Shown here in pieces: positions 1 through 9,047 of a DNA stretch of 64,000 bases (the stretch's first letter is position 1; each line of letters begins with the position of its first letter). Source of the stretch: Candidatus Margulisiibacteriota bacterium (lineage in GTDB: Bacteria; Margulisbacteria; Marinamargulisbacteria; JBFWNS01). The notes beneath the pieces were generated by a model that searched no databases, was not told the DNA's origin, and was given only the letters and a program-made list of their open reading frames with translations. The position numbers and the translations under genes were made by a program. The stretch spans positions 1-64,000 of the forward strand of contig JBFWNS010000004.1 of NCBI GenBank assembly GCA_050250935.1, read 5' to 3'.

Positions 1-133
1 AAACCGGCCTAACCCTGGCCGAGTTTTTAGGCTGCTTTAAACGCCTCGACACCGAAACAGATTTAAAAACAAACCTCGTTTGGTTTGCCGTTGAAGAAAC
101 CGCAGCGCAACTCCTCGCAACAGAGGGACTGCT

Positions 134-1657
134 ATGACTGGAAAAAAACACCGCCCTGCGCCGCCGCCCCCACCCGGCGGCTGGGAATCCCCTTCGGACC
201 CTTTTGTGGTGGACCTGTACATTCGGGTTTCAACCGACAAACAGGCTAAAGACGGGGATTCGTTGGAAGAACAAGAAAGCGAACTCAAAAAGTTTTGCGA
301 CTACCGGAACTTTAAGATTCGCCAAGTGCTGGTCGAACGGGGCAAGTCTGCCAAAAACACCCAACGCCCCGAATACAAAAAACTGGTGGCAGACATTCAA
401 GCAGGCAAAATTAAAGCGGTGGTCGTTAAAAAGCTAGACCGGTTGTCCCGCTCTTTGGTGGACTTTGAACAGCTCATGGGATTGCTTCAAACACACGGTG
501 TTGAATTCATCTCACTGCGAGAAAACTTCGACACCACCACGGCCATGGGCAAAGCCATGCTCCGCATCGCTCTGGTCTTTGCACAGCTAGAACGCGAACA
601 AACCGCCGAACGGGTTAAAGACATTTTCAGTTGGCGAGCAGAACAAGGCTTTTTTAACGGGGGCATTCCGCCCTTTGGGTATGAATCTGTCAAAGGGGAA
701 TTGGTGCCTCATAAACAAGAACGCAAAGCCGTCCACTTTCTGTTCGAAACCTTTTTGAACACCGAATCCACCTCCCGAACAGCAGTATTGTGCAATGCCG
801 CAGGATTTAGACAGCGAAACGGTGTGTTGTGGGATAAACGGTTTGTCCACAAAGTCCTGACCAAACATGTGTATGCGGGCTTGGTGTTTTGGAAAGGTAC
901 CGTGTTTGAAGGGGTTCACCAACCCTTGGTTGCCAAGAGTATGTTTGAGAACGTGCAAACCCTTTTCCAGACCCGAAACACAGCCTCGTCCCGAAGTAAA
1001 ATTAAAGGATGGCTAGCCGGGGTCTTAAGGTGTGGGCATTGTCAAAGCCCTTGGGTGCCCACCTACACCTCTAAAAAAGGTAAAAAATACCATTACTACC
1101 GGTGCCGTTCTTCTTTGAACCCAACCCAAACCTCTTGCAAAGGCCATTACTTGGGATTTGAAACAACACATGCGACCGTCTTAGAACTACTGCTTTCCTA
1201 CAGCCTGGAACCCAAATTGTCTGAAGTTCAAAACCGAATTCACTTGTTTAATGACGGTGTCCAAACCCAGCTCAAACACCAAACTGCACAATTGGAGGTG
1301 TTTAAGGCAAAGTTGGCCACCATTCGACAACGGCGAGAACACTATTTAGATTCCCTGTTGGCCGGCAACTTTACAGAACCCGAACGAAAGCGCATTAACC
1401 AAAAAATTGACGAATTTCACCTCGAAGAAAAACAACTAGAGGCCGCCATTTGGCGACAAGAATTGGACTTAAGAACCACAGAAGAGTCTCAAATGAGTTT
1501 CCAATCCTTCAAAGAACAGCTCCTCACTTTCAGGCTCAATCACGCCACTTTTTCCCCCAAAGATTGGAAACACTGGTTCACCCAAAACATCACCCACATC
1601 GACATTGTAAACGAGGCCTTTACCATCACCTTTAAAGCCCTTCAGGCGGCACCATAA
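134..1657 (+). CDS. Large serine recombinase/integrase
   Basis: YIRVST catalytic Ser motif, LDRLSR, recombinase domain (PFGY), CGHC...YYRC zinc ribbon, coiled-coil C-terminus. Confidence 0.93.
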   Translation: MTGKKHRPAPPPPPGGWESPSDPFVVDLYIRVSTDKQAKDGDSLEEQESELKKFCDYRNFKIRQVLVERGKSAKNTQRPEYKKLVADIQAGKIKAVVVKKLDRLSRSLVDFEQLMGLLQTHGVEFISLRENFDTTTAMGKAMLRIALVFAQLEREQTAERVKDIFSWRAEQGFFNGGIPPFGYESVKGELVPHKQERKAVHFLFETFLNTESTSRTAVLCNAAGFRQRNGVLWDKRFVHKVLTKHVYAGLVFWKGTVFEGVHQPLVAKSMFENVQTLFQTRNTASSRSKIKGWLAGVLRCGHCQSPWVPTYTSKKGKKYHYYRCRSSLNPTQTSCKGHYLGFETTHATVLELLLSYSLEPKLSEVQNRIHLFNDGVQTQLKHQTAQLEVFKAKLATIRQRREHYLDSLLAGNFTEPERKRINQKIDEFHLEEKQLEAAIWRQELDLRTTEESQMSFQSFKEQLLTFRLNHATFSPKDWKHWFTQNITHIDIVNEAFTITFKALQAAP

Positions 1658-1793
1658 AAGTCACTAAACCCTTGTTTTTCCCCAAAACCGCACACACACA
1701 CCTGGGCTAACCGGTTCGAAGTTCCACAAATTTTCTGCCCAAAACAGTCGAACCAGTCTCAAAACCAGCCCGCCGTTTTAGCCTAAAAAAAAG

Positions 1794-1818
1794 AAAAAAC
1801 CCGCCAAAAAAGCGGGGG
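1794..1818 (-). terminator. Intrinsic terminator downstream of tRNA-Glu
   Basis: Minus strand CCCGC-TTTTTTG-GCGGG hairpin followed by a T-run. Confidence 0.6.
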
Positions 1819-1845
1819 GAAAAAGTTTCGAAGAAAGAAGAAGAG

Positions 1846-1920
1846 TGGTAGCCCCACGGGGATTCGAACCCCGGTCGCAAGCTTGAAAAGCTCGTGTCCT
1901 AACCCCTAGACGATGGGGCC
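1846..1920 (-). tRNA. tRNA-Glu(UUC)
   Basis: Minus strand GGCCCCATCGTCTAGGGGTTAGGACACGAGCTTTTCAAGCTTGCGACCGGGGTTCGAATCCCCGTGGGGCTACCA: cloverleaf, TTC anticodon, GTTCGAATC T-loop, encoded CCA. Confidence 0.96.
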
Positions 1921-1962
1921 ACTTTCACATTGGAAAGCAGCATGGCTGCTAAGAGGGTTCCA

Positions 1963-1991
1963 ATGGTACAAAATGAGCCCTTCTTTGTCTA
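1963..1991 (-). promoter_or_regulatory. Probable sigma70 promoter of tRNA-Glu
   Basis: TAGACA-17 nt-TACCAT; the -35 overlaps the stop codon of the upstream carrier gene. Confidence 0.55.
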
Positions 1992-2960
1992 GAGGGAATT
2001 CAACCACCGATTCAGCTCTACAGCACCCGCAAACCCCAAAGCAAAGGGAGGGCCGGCATTGATAAAACGAGCCAAGCCTGCACCAAATACAACTCTTGCA
2101 GGCCCTACAACCGTGGCCAGAGGCCTTGGCACACCATTTAAAACATGAGATTCAACCGAATGTATAAATACCCCCCTTACAATCTGCATAAGCGATTTTG
2201 GAGCCCCATCCAATGCAGCCCTTCGCTGCTGAACAGTGATCAAGTCCCAGAAGCCACCAAACCCCATACAGGCCCAAAAAGAGGTGCCTAACATGGCCAA
2301 TCCATTCTGAGCAATCGGATTCATATCCGGGAAACTACGACGAACGGTATTTTGCATCATGGGCAACCCTGCAGCAATAACCATATTCATCGATCCAAAC
2401 CGTAAAACTGAAGGCACAACACCAGCAAAAGACAACGAAAGCTTACTGCTCATCAACCATCTTGCCGTTTGGGCCACACTACCATGCGCCTGTTTACCTG
2501 CAGGAGTGGCTTCCATCATTCGTTGAGCCCCAACATCAACAGGTGTACTCACAACCCCCTCAGCCACCCCCACCATAAGCCCAATAAACGCATTGGCTGT
2601 GGTAGGGTGTTGAGCTGAAAACTCTGGAAAGGTCCTGTGGATCAGCCCACCCATACCAGCAAGGCCACCCAACTTCAACCCTCGCCTCATCCCAGCCGAC
2701 ATAGAGGACAATTTTGCACCCCAGACTGTCCCTAAGACCCCGCTTCTAGCAAAACGTTCACGAAGGGCAGCAGAAGCACTTTGTTTCCCATGTTGCTCAA
2801 ACACAGTAGTCATCAGCACAGCCACTGGCTGAAACACCACCGAAGCAGCTGCCCCCGTGGCCATATTCACCACCACATTTTGCCCTAAAGGCGTTGGCCT
2901 GGTAGGCTGTGGTGAAGCTAGGACTGGAGGCGTAGATCTCGACGTTGGACCAACAGACAT
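1989..2960 (-). CDS. Mitochondrial carrier family (SLC25)-like protein, degenerate, with Pro/Ser/Thr-rich leader
   Basis: Three repeats: QPVAVLMT, TPVDVGAQR, FWDLITVQ; SFAGVVPSVLR resembles the carrier helix-4 motif; AAGGAG RBS. Confidence 0.7.
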   Translation of the reverse strand: MSVGPTSRSTPPVLASPQPTRPTPLGQNVVVNMATGAAASVVFQPVAVLMTTVFEQHGKQSASAALRERFARSGVLGTVWGAKLSSMSAGMRRGLKLGGLAGMGGLIHRTFPEFSAQHPTTANAFIGLMVGVAEGVVSTPVDVGAQRMMEATPAGKQAHGSVAQTARWLMSSKLSLSFAGVVPSVLRFGSMNMVIAAGLPMMQNTVRRSFPDMNPIAQNGLAMLGTSFWACMGFGGFWDLITVQQRRAALDGAPKSLMQIVRGVFIHSVESHVLNGVPRPLATVVGPARVVFGAGLARFINAGPPFALGFAGAVELNRWLNSL

Positions 2961-3015
2961 GAGGCTCTCCTTCGCAATAAGACTTAAAAAAAGAAAAAAA
3001 GCTACATCAAAACTT

Positions 3016-3756
3016 ATGAAATCTCCAGCGCTTCTTTGTCTTCACGGTTTTTTGGGAAGTCCTTCGGATTGGGCCTTTTTGGAGAACTCTCTGGCGGGGA
3101 TGTCGGTTCAAAAAATGTTCCTACCGGGTCACCATCCCAATCGCGCTGTTCCAAAAAACTTTGAGGCGGCGGTTCAAGACTTTGGCCAACAGATCCAAAG
3201 CCAATACCCAGAAGGCGTGCACCTGCTCGGCTATTCCATGGGCGGACGCTTGGCCTTGGGCATTGCCCTCGCCTTTCCTGAATCTGTGAAATCTCTGGTC
3301 TTAATTTCAGCCTCGCCAGGCCTTAAAACCGAAGCCGAACGCCACAGCCGCTGGCAACTCGACCAAACCTGGGCCCATCGCCTTCGCACCGAAACTTTCG
3401 AATCCGTTTTAACCGACTGGTACACCCTGCCGTTATTTAGCCGTTTCAAAACCTGCGCTGAGTTTTCGGACTTGTTTCAAGAACGTCTCAGTCACAATCC
3501 AAAAACCCTGGCCGATGGTTTGGAATCCCTCAGCATCGTCCACCAACCCAACTATTGGAAACAGCTGGACACCCTTGCCTGCCCCACCCTCGTTATTGTG
3601 GGTTCAGAAGACAGTAAATATGTTCAGATCGCCAAATCCATGGCCTGTAAGCGTCCCAAGATCACCCTCAAAATCATCTCCGGGGCCGACCATTGTCCCC
3701 AATTTACCCATCCCAAAGCGGTAAAGGGGGTTATTGAACGGCACTTTTTAGGGTAA
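3016..3756 (+). CDS. menH: SHCHC synthase (alpha/beta hydrolase)
   Basis: LHGFLG, GYSMGGR nucleophile elbow, adjacent to menB; start taken as ATG 3016. Confidence 0.88.
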   Translation: MKSPALLCLHGFLGSPSDWAFLENSLAGMSVQKMFLPGHHPNRAVPKNFEAAVQDFGQQIQSQYPEGVHLLGYSMGGRLALGIALAFPESVKSLVLISASPGLKTEAERHSRWQLDQTWAHRLRTETFESVLTDWYTLPLFSRFKTCAEFSDLFQERLSHNPKTLADGLESLSIVHQPNYWKQLDTLACPTLVIVGSEDSKYVQIAKSMACKRPKITLKIISGADHCPQFTHPKAVKGVIERHFLG

Positions 3757-3792
3757 GTTAATAGCATCCTAATTTTTAGTTGAGGTTTAATC

Positions 3793-4611
3793 ATGAGCAT
3801 CTCTTGGACACAAGCAAAATCCTATACCGACATTCGATACGAAAAAGCAGAGGGCATCGCCAAAATTACGATTAATCGCCCTCAAGTTCGCAATGCATTT
3901 CGACCACTCACCGTACAAGAAATGGCCGATGCCCTAAACGACGCCAGAATGGACGCTCAAATTGGGGTGATTATTTTATGCGGCGAAGGGAAAGACGCCT
4001 TTTGTTCCGGTGGCGACCAAAAAATTCGTGGCGAGGCAGGCTACAAAGACGATCATGGGGTAAATCATCTCAACGTTCTGGATTTTCAACGCCAAATCCG
4101 AACCTGTTCCAAACCCATCGTGGCCATGGTGGCGGGCTATGCCATCGGTGGTGGCCACGTGCTACACATGATGTGCGACATTACCATTGCAGCCGACAAC
4201 GCCAAATTTGGGCAAACCGGCCCCAAAGTTGGGTCTTTTGATGGGGGTTATGGCGCAGCCTATATGGCCCGGATTGTGGGTCAAAAAAAGGCCAGAGAAA
4301 TTTGGTTTTTGTGCCGCCAATACGATGCCAAACAAGCCTTGGACATGGGCTTGGTCAACACGGTGGTCCCCTATGAACAGCTTGAAGCCGAAACCGTTCA
4401 ATGGTGCAAAGAAATGCTTCAACATTCCCCCATTGCTTTACGTTGTTTAAAGGCGGCATTGAACGCGGATTGCGACGGTCAAGCCGGTCTTCAAGAACTG
4501 GCCGGCAATGCCACCATGTTGTACTACATGAGCGAAGAAGGCCAAGAAGGACGCAATGCCTTTGTCGAAAAACGAAAACCTAATTTTTCCAAGTTCAAAA
4601 GACAGCCCTAG
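3793..4611 (+). CDS. menB: 1,4-dihydroxy-2-naphthoyl-CoA synthase
   Basis: [41 protein letters not shown]. Confidence 0.98.
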   Translation: MSISWTQAKSYTDIRYEKAEGIAKITINRPQVRNAFRPLTVQEMADALNDARMDAQIGVIILCGEGKDAFCSGGDQKIRGEAGYKDDHGVNHLNVLDFQRQIRTCSKPIVAMVAGYAIGGGHVLHMMCDITIAADNAKFGQTGPKVGSFDGGYGAAYMARIVGQKKAREIWFLCRQYDAKQALDMGLVNTVVPYEQLEAETVQWCKEMLQHSPIALRCLKAALNADCDGQAGLQELAGNATMLYYMSEEGQEGRNAFVEKRKPNFSKFKRQP

Positions 4612-4656
4612 GGAGTGTCCCCATTTGACAGATGCAAATGAGGGCACGCCCTAAAT

Positions 4657-4685
4657 TTGACAAAAGCACCTATTCTTCTTAGACT
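4657..4685 (+). promoter_or_regulatory. Sigma70-type promoter
   Basis: TTGACA-17 nt-TAGACT. Confidence 0.65.
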
Positions 4686-4691
4686 TTTGAA

Positions 4692-4805
4692 GGTGACAGG
4701 AAGCCACAAGAAACCTGTCGGGAAAAACTAACCCTTTAGTTTATCAGGCTTGAGGTTAGGATTAGAACAATGGCCGCGGTTATTATAATCGCGGCTATTT
4801 TTTTT
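4692..4805 (+). ncRNA. Candidate small RNA or riboswitch/attenuator leader
   Basis: About 110 nt between a consensus promoter and a terminator, with two internal hairpins. Confidence 0.45.
4771..4805 (+). terminator. Intrinsic terminator
   Basis: TGGCCGCGGTTA-TTA-TAATCGCGGCTA followed by T8. Confidence 0.75.
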
Positions 4806-4936
4806 AGGATGTTCAACCTCTATCACCCCCTCCCAAATGATCAAAATTTCAACTTTTGTCTTGGGTAGAGGGCATTGCCCTAGTGGCTTTTAAATCAGCC
4901 TACCAGATAACCGCATTTTAGGAAAGATAATAAACC

Positions 4937-5782
4937 ATGATTTCATATATTGACGCAGATTTTATAGAGACCACAAAAGCAGCCTTGCCCGTCGCTTCCG
5001 ATGTCACGGGCACCTTTCGGGGGTACCGAATTTTCACTGCCTGCCACACCGTACGGGGGCAGATTTTAGGCCGAGACTGGCACATCGAGCGGTTGTATCA
5101 CAGTGCCCGATCTATTTTTATGGCCGATCCGGTTTCGAGACCCGAACTCGAGGCCATTTTAGACGATTTAATTCAAAAAAATGCAGGCGACCACGAGCTT
5201 TTATTACAAATTATTTTTAGCGGCGGCGAAGCCGATTCGACCGGGGTTAATCCCGTAGGAAACAGCAAACTCTACATTATTGTAAACGCCCTAAAACCCC
5301 TCACCGAAGCAGCCTATCAAACCGGGGTTCGACTCGCCACTTACCCTCACCAACGCCCCATTCCCACCCTCAAACCCATGAACTATTTGGGGGCAATTAT
5401 CGCCCATCAAACCGTGGTGAAAGAACACAACGCCACCTACCCTCTTTTTGTGAGCCCTGAAGCCCCGCACCTGATTTTGGAAGGCTCAACCTATTCTTTT
5501 TTTGGCGTTAAAAACAACACCCTCTTAACCCCGCCACTGGATGGCCACATTCTAGACGGAATTACACGGCGATTCGTTTTGGAAGTTGCCCAAAAACAAG
5601 GGGTCCCCGTTTTAGAAACCAAGATCCCTAAAGCCGATATTTTAACCTTCGACGAAGCCTTTTTAACCTCGTCTACCCGGGGTATTTTGGCGGTTACCAA
5701 AATCGACACCCACACCCTTACAGAAGGGGAAGGTGCCTTAACCCATCAACTTAGAAAAGGGTATCAAAGCACCTATTTATAG
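4937..5782 (+). CDS. PLP-dependent class IV aminotransferase (IlvE/Dat/PabC family)
   Basis: HIERLYHSA, LKPMNY Schiff-base Lys, ILDGITRR, EAFLTSS. Confidence 0.9.
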   Translation: MISYIDADFIETTKAALPVASDVTGTFRGYRIFTACHTVRGQILGRDWHIERLYHSARSIFMADPVSRPELEAILDDLIQKNAGDHELLLQIIFSGGEADSTGVNPVGNSKLYIIVNALKPLTEAAYQTGVRLATYPHQRPIPTLKPMNYLGAIIAHQTVVKEHNATYPLFVSPEAPHLILEGSTYSFFGVKNNTLLTPPLDGHILDGITRRFVLEVAQKQGVPVLETKIPKADILTFDEAFLTSSTRGILAVTKIDTHTLTEGEGALTHQLRKGYQSTYL

Positions 5783-5785
5783 GGT

Positions 5786-6694
5786 CTAGATCATGTCTGG
5801 AAAAAAAACGTTGTTGCGCAACATTTGATAGGTTTCGTTTAACAGCGAGCGATCCACCGTTTTAAGCCGGTCCAAGCTAAACCCTTGAACCGTAAAAGAC
5901 GACATCAAGGTGCCGGCCAACATGGCTTTTCGGAAGGTATCGTCCGAAATCGTTTCGGCCTGAGCCAAATAACCCGCAATAGCCCCAGCAAAACTGTCTC
6001 CAGCACCGGTGGGATCCACCACTTCTACCAAAGGCAGAGCCGGACAAATGGAAAACACAGAGCCATCGTACATCATCGAGCCGTGTTCGCCTTTTTTAAC
6101 AATCACCCGTTTGGGGCCCAAATCCACCACGTCGTGCATGGCCTGAATCAGGTTGGATTTTTGGGTCAATTGGCGAATTTCCTGGTCATTAAGGACCAAA
6201 ACATCCACTTCTTTCAAAACGGCCAACAAGGCCTCGCGCTTTTGATCAATCCAAAAATTCATACTGTCCAAAATCACCACTTCGGGCTGACGAAATTGGT
6301 GCAGTGCTTTTAACTGAAGCTCGGGATCCAGATTCGCCAAAAACACAATGCGGCTATTTTTAGCCTGGGCAGGAATCACAGGGTCAAATTCCAACAAGAC
6401 ATTCAAATCGGTTTGCTGGGTAAAAGCCTGATTCATATCCCCTTCGTAATACCCCTTCCAATGAAAGGTTTGGCCCCCAGAAATCACCACGCCTTGGGTC
6501 CCAATGTGGCGAGACTTAAAAAATTGAAGGTGTTGTTCAGGAAAATCGCGACCCACAATACTGACAATTTCCACGGGATTAAACAAAGACGCCGCCACCG
6601 ACGCATAGGTGGCCGACCCGCCTAAAATACGATCAAAACTGCCCCTGGGGGTTTTTACAGAATCAAATGCAACTGTGCCTATAATGGTGACCAT
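5786..6694 (-). CDS. PfkB family carbohydrate/nucleoside kinase
   Basis: LGGSATY, KKGEHGS, DPTGAGDSFAG. Confidence 0.93.
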   Translation of the reverse strand: MVTIIGTVAFDSVKTPRGSFDRILGGSATYASVAASLFNPVEIVSIVGRDFPEQHLQFFKSRHIGTQGVVISGGQTFHWKGYYEGDMNQAFTQQTDLNVLLEFDPVIPAQAKNSRIVFLANLDPELQLKALHQFRQPEVVILDSMNFWIDQKREALLAVLKEVDVLVLNDQEIRQLTQKSNLIQAMHDVVDLGPKRVIVKKGEHGSMMYDGSVFSICPALPLVEVVDPTGAGDSFAGAIAGYLAQAETISDDTFRKAMLAGTLMSSFTVQGFSLDRLKTVDRSLLNETYQMLRNNVFFPDMI

Positions 6695-6699
6695 AACGT

Positions 6700-6984
6700 T
6701 TACTTTATTCCTTTGAATTTCTTTTTCATATGAACCAACGCAATAACATAGATCGTCTGATTTTTAATTTCATAAATCAAGCGATATGAATAGACAAAAA
6801 CTTCCCGAAAAGCTGCATTTTTAAGCTCTGGAACCTGCCGACCTTGTAACGGAAAATGGATCAGCTGCTTAGAAATATCAATGATTTTTTCCGAAACTTC
6901 AACAGCAAAGTACACTGAATCTTCAGCGATAAAATGATAAATGTTTTTTAAATCATCTCTTGCAGGTAGGGTCCAAACTACCAC
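6700..6984 (-). CDS. RelE/ParE family toxin
   Basis: VWTLPARDDL...FPLQGRQVPE...YRLIYEI; overlaps the upstream small gene. Confidence 0.88.
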   Translation of the reverse strand: MVVWTLPARDDLKNIYHFIAEDSVYFAVEVSEKIIDISKQLIHFPLQGRQVPELKNAAFREVFVYSYRLIYEIKNQTIYVIALVHMKKKFKGIK

Positions 6985-7268
6985 GTCGCCATGTCCTTCT
7001 TTAAGGCATCCAAGGACAGGGTTTCGCCTTTTAGAACAGCCGATTGACCTTTGCGAATTTTTTCCAAAACGTAAAGACGATACATAATATCTTCAACACT
7101 GGCTGTTTTGGGTAAACTAGAAATGGCTTGTAGCGCATCCTCTTTTATTGTGGACATTCGTATACACAAAAATGGAATTTTTGTGGGTCGAAACTTTGAA
7201 GTAAATTCAAAGTTTCTCCCGCTTCGCGGTTGTTGACTCGCGCTTGCGGCTCGATAACCGCATTCCAT
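6978..7268 (-). CDS. Antitoxin partner (native part from ATG 7157; 37 N-terminal codons derive from a repeat)
   Basis: MSTIKEDALQAISSLP...EDIMYRLYVLEKIRKG pattern upstream of RelE/ParE; AAGGAG RBS precedes ATG 7268. Confidence 0.75.
   Translation of the reverse strand: MECGYRAASASQQPRSGRNFEFTSKFRPTKIPFLCIRMSTIKEDALQAISSLPKTASVEDIMYRLYVLEKIRKGQSAVLKGETLSLDALKKDMATW
7155..7265 (-). repeat. Palindromic repeat, copy C
   Basis: GAAACTTTGAA-TTTAC-TTCAAAGTTTC-GACC-CACAAAAAT-TCC-ATTTTTGTG-TATACGAATG matches the copies at 28300 and 28472. Confidence 0.8.
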
Positions 7269-7295
7269 TTTTGACTCCTTTACTTTTAAAAATTG

Positions 7296-7910
7296 CTAAA
7301 TCGAAAAACCGGTATCCCGCATTAAAACAAACATCCCCTTATTCGCCAACAAATTGGTAAAGTGGACGCCAAAGAGTTTACTTAAAACTGGGGAGTCGTA
7401 GAGGGGAATTTCGGCTTCGATTTGAATGTTTTCTTTTTGGCACAACACCCGAAAATCATGGACGGTAATCACCCGAATGTTGGGGGTATTGTACCACTCG
7501 AAAGGCAAGGATTTACTTTTGGGAGAGGCCCCTTGCAACAGGGCCAAACGGATTTTCCAATGGGCAAAATTGGGAAAGGTTACAATGGCCTTGCGCCCCA
7601 CCCGCAACATTTCGGACAACACGTAAAGCGGGTTGTGAATTTGCTGCAGGGTATGGCTTAGAATGACATAATCAAAGGACTGGCTGGAAAATTCCTTAAG
7701 ACCCTCTTCGATGTTGCCCTGAAACACCGACAATCCCTTTTTGACACAATCCAAAATCGAGGAAAAATCGATGTCGATGCCATAGCCTTTCACCTGCTTA
7801 ACCCGGGCCAACTCGGCCAAAAAAGCCCCGTCTCCACAGCCCAAATCCAAAACGGTTGAACCGGGTTTAATCAATTCGATGGTGCGCTGCTGATAGGTTT
7901 GCTCAATCAT
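7296..7910 (-). CDS. metW: Methionine biosynthesis protein MetW
   Basis: VLDLGCGDG, FPNFAHW, WYNTPNI; overlaps metX. Confidence 0.93.
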   Translation of the reverse strand: MIEQTYQQRTIELIKPGSTVLDLGCGDGAFLAELARVKQVKGYGIDIDFSSILDCVKKGLSVFQGNIEEGLKEFSSQSFDYVILSHTLQQIHNPLYVLSEMLRVGRKAIVTFPNFAHWKIRLALLQGASPKSKSLPFEWYNTPNIRVITVHDFRVLCQKENIQIEAEIPLYDSPVLSKLFGVHFTNLLANKGMFVLMRDTGFSI

Positions 7911-8992
7911 GCCACTTGCTCCAGATAGGACCTTACCAATTCGAACAATTGGGGATTATCAATCAAAAACGCATCGTGACCAAAGGGCGATTGAACATCG
8001 GCATACGTCACGGCCTTGCCCAGTTTCATTAACACTTTCACCACATCTTTACTTTGTTTGGGGGTGTAAAGCCAATCCGAGGAAATCGACACCACCAAAA
8101 ACTTGGCCAAACAACGGGAAAACGCAGCCTCGAGACTGCCATATTTTTTTTCCAAATCAAAATAGCTGATGGCCTTGGTCAAATAGAGGTAAGAATTGGG
8201 GTCGAATTTGCCAACGAATTTATCCCCTTGATATTTCAAATAGCTTTCAACCTCGAAATCGGTGGTCATGTCGTAGCCATAGTCGTTTTTTTGCTGAAGT
8301 TTTCGGCCAAATTTCAAGCTCATGGATTCATCGGACAAATAGGTAATGTGCCCAATCATTCTGGCAATCGCTAACCCATGCACAGGAGATGATTGACCAT
8401 AATAGGTGCCGTTGTCCCATTTGGGATCGGCGGTAATGGCACTGCGGCCCACAGCATCGAAGGCCAAAGCCTGGGGCGACAACCGAGGCGTCGAGGCGAT
8501 CGGAACACAGGCCGCCACGCTGTTGGGATATTTAATGGCCCATTCCAAAGCCTGCATCCCACCCATGGACCCCCCAATCACCAGCTTAAGGCGGGTAATG
8601 CCCAAGTGGTCGATCAAGGCTTTTTGAACCGTCACCATATCCCCAATCGTGACAACCGGAAAAGAAAGTGCATAAGGCTGTCCCGTTTCTGGGTTAACCG
8701 AAGCCGGACCCGTTGTGCCCTTGCATCCCCCCAAAACATTGGAACACACCACAAAATAGCGGTCTGTATCCAAGGGTTTTCCAGGCCCCACCATGGCATC
8801 CCACCACCCACCTTCGGACACATGGGCGTCCCCAGAAAAAGCATGACAAATTAAAATGGCGTTGGTTTTGTCCGCATTTAGCTCGCCATAGGTTTCATAG
8901 GCGATGGTCACTGGCGACAGGGTTTGCCCACTTTCCAGAATCAGGGGGGCAGAGGTTTCAAAGGTGGAAAAGAAAAGGGGATTTTTAGACAT
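7907..8992 (-). CDS. metX: Homoserine O-acyltransferase
   Basis: GGSMGGMQ, ARMIGHITYLS, GHDAFL. Confidence 0.96.
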   Translation of the reverse strand: MSKNPLFFSTFETSAPLILESGQTLSPVTIAYETYGELNADKTNAILICHAFSGDAHVSEGGWWDAMVGPGKPLDTDRYFVVCSNVLGGCKGTTGPASVNPETGQPYALSFPVVTIGDMVTVQKALIDHLGITRLKLVIGGSMGGMQALEWAIKYPNSVAACVPIASTPRLSPQALAFDAVGRSAITADPKWDNGTYYGQSSPVHGLAIARMIGHITYLSDESMSLKFGRKLQQKNDYGYDMTTDFEVESYLKYQGDKFVGKFDPNSYLYLTKAISYFDLEKKYGSLEAAFSRCLAKFLVVSISSDWLYTPKQSKDVVKVLMKLGKAVTYADVQSPFGHDAFLIDNPQLFELVRSYLEQVA

Positions 8993-9047
8993 AAATCGAT
9001 GGTCTATTTTCTGCTAATTTGGGATGACTGACAATATGCTACACTCT

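Noticed and set aside
4611..4651. Imperfect hairpin after menB as a fourth repeat copy
   Set aside because: Lacks the TTYAC loop, GACC linker and CACAA stem; more likely a local 3' structure
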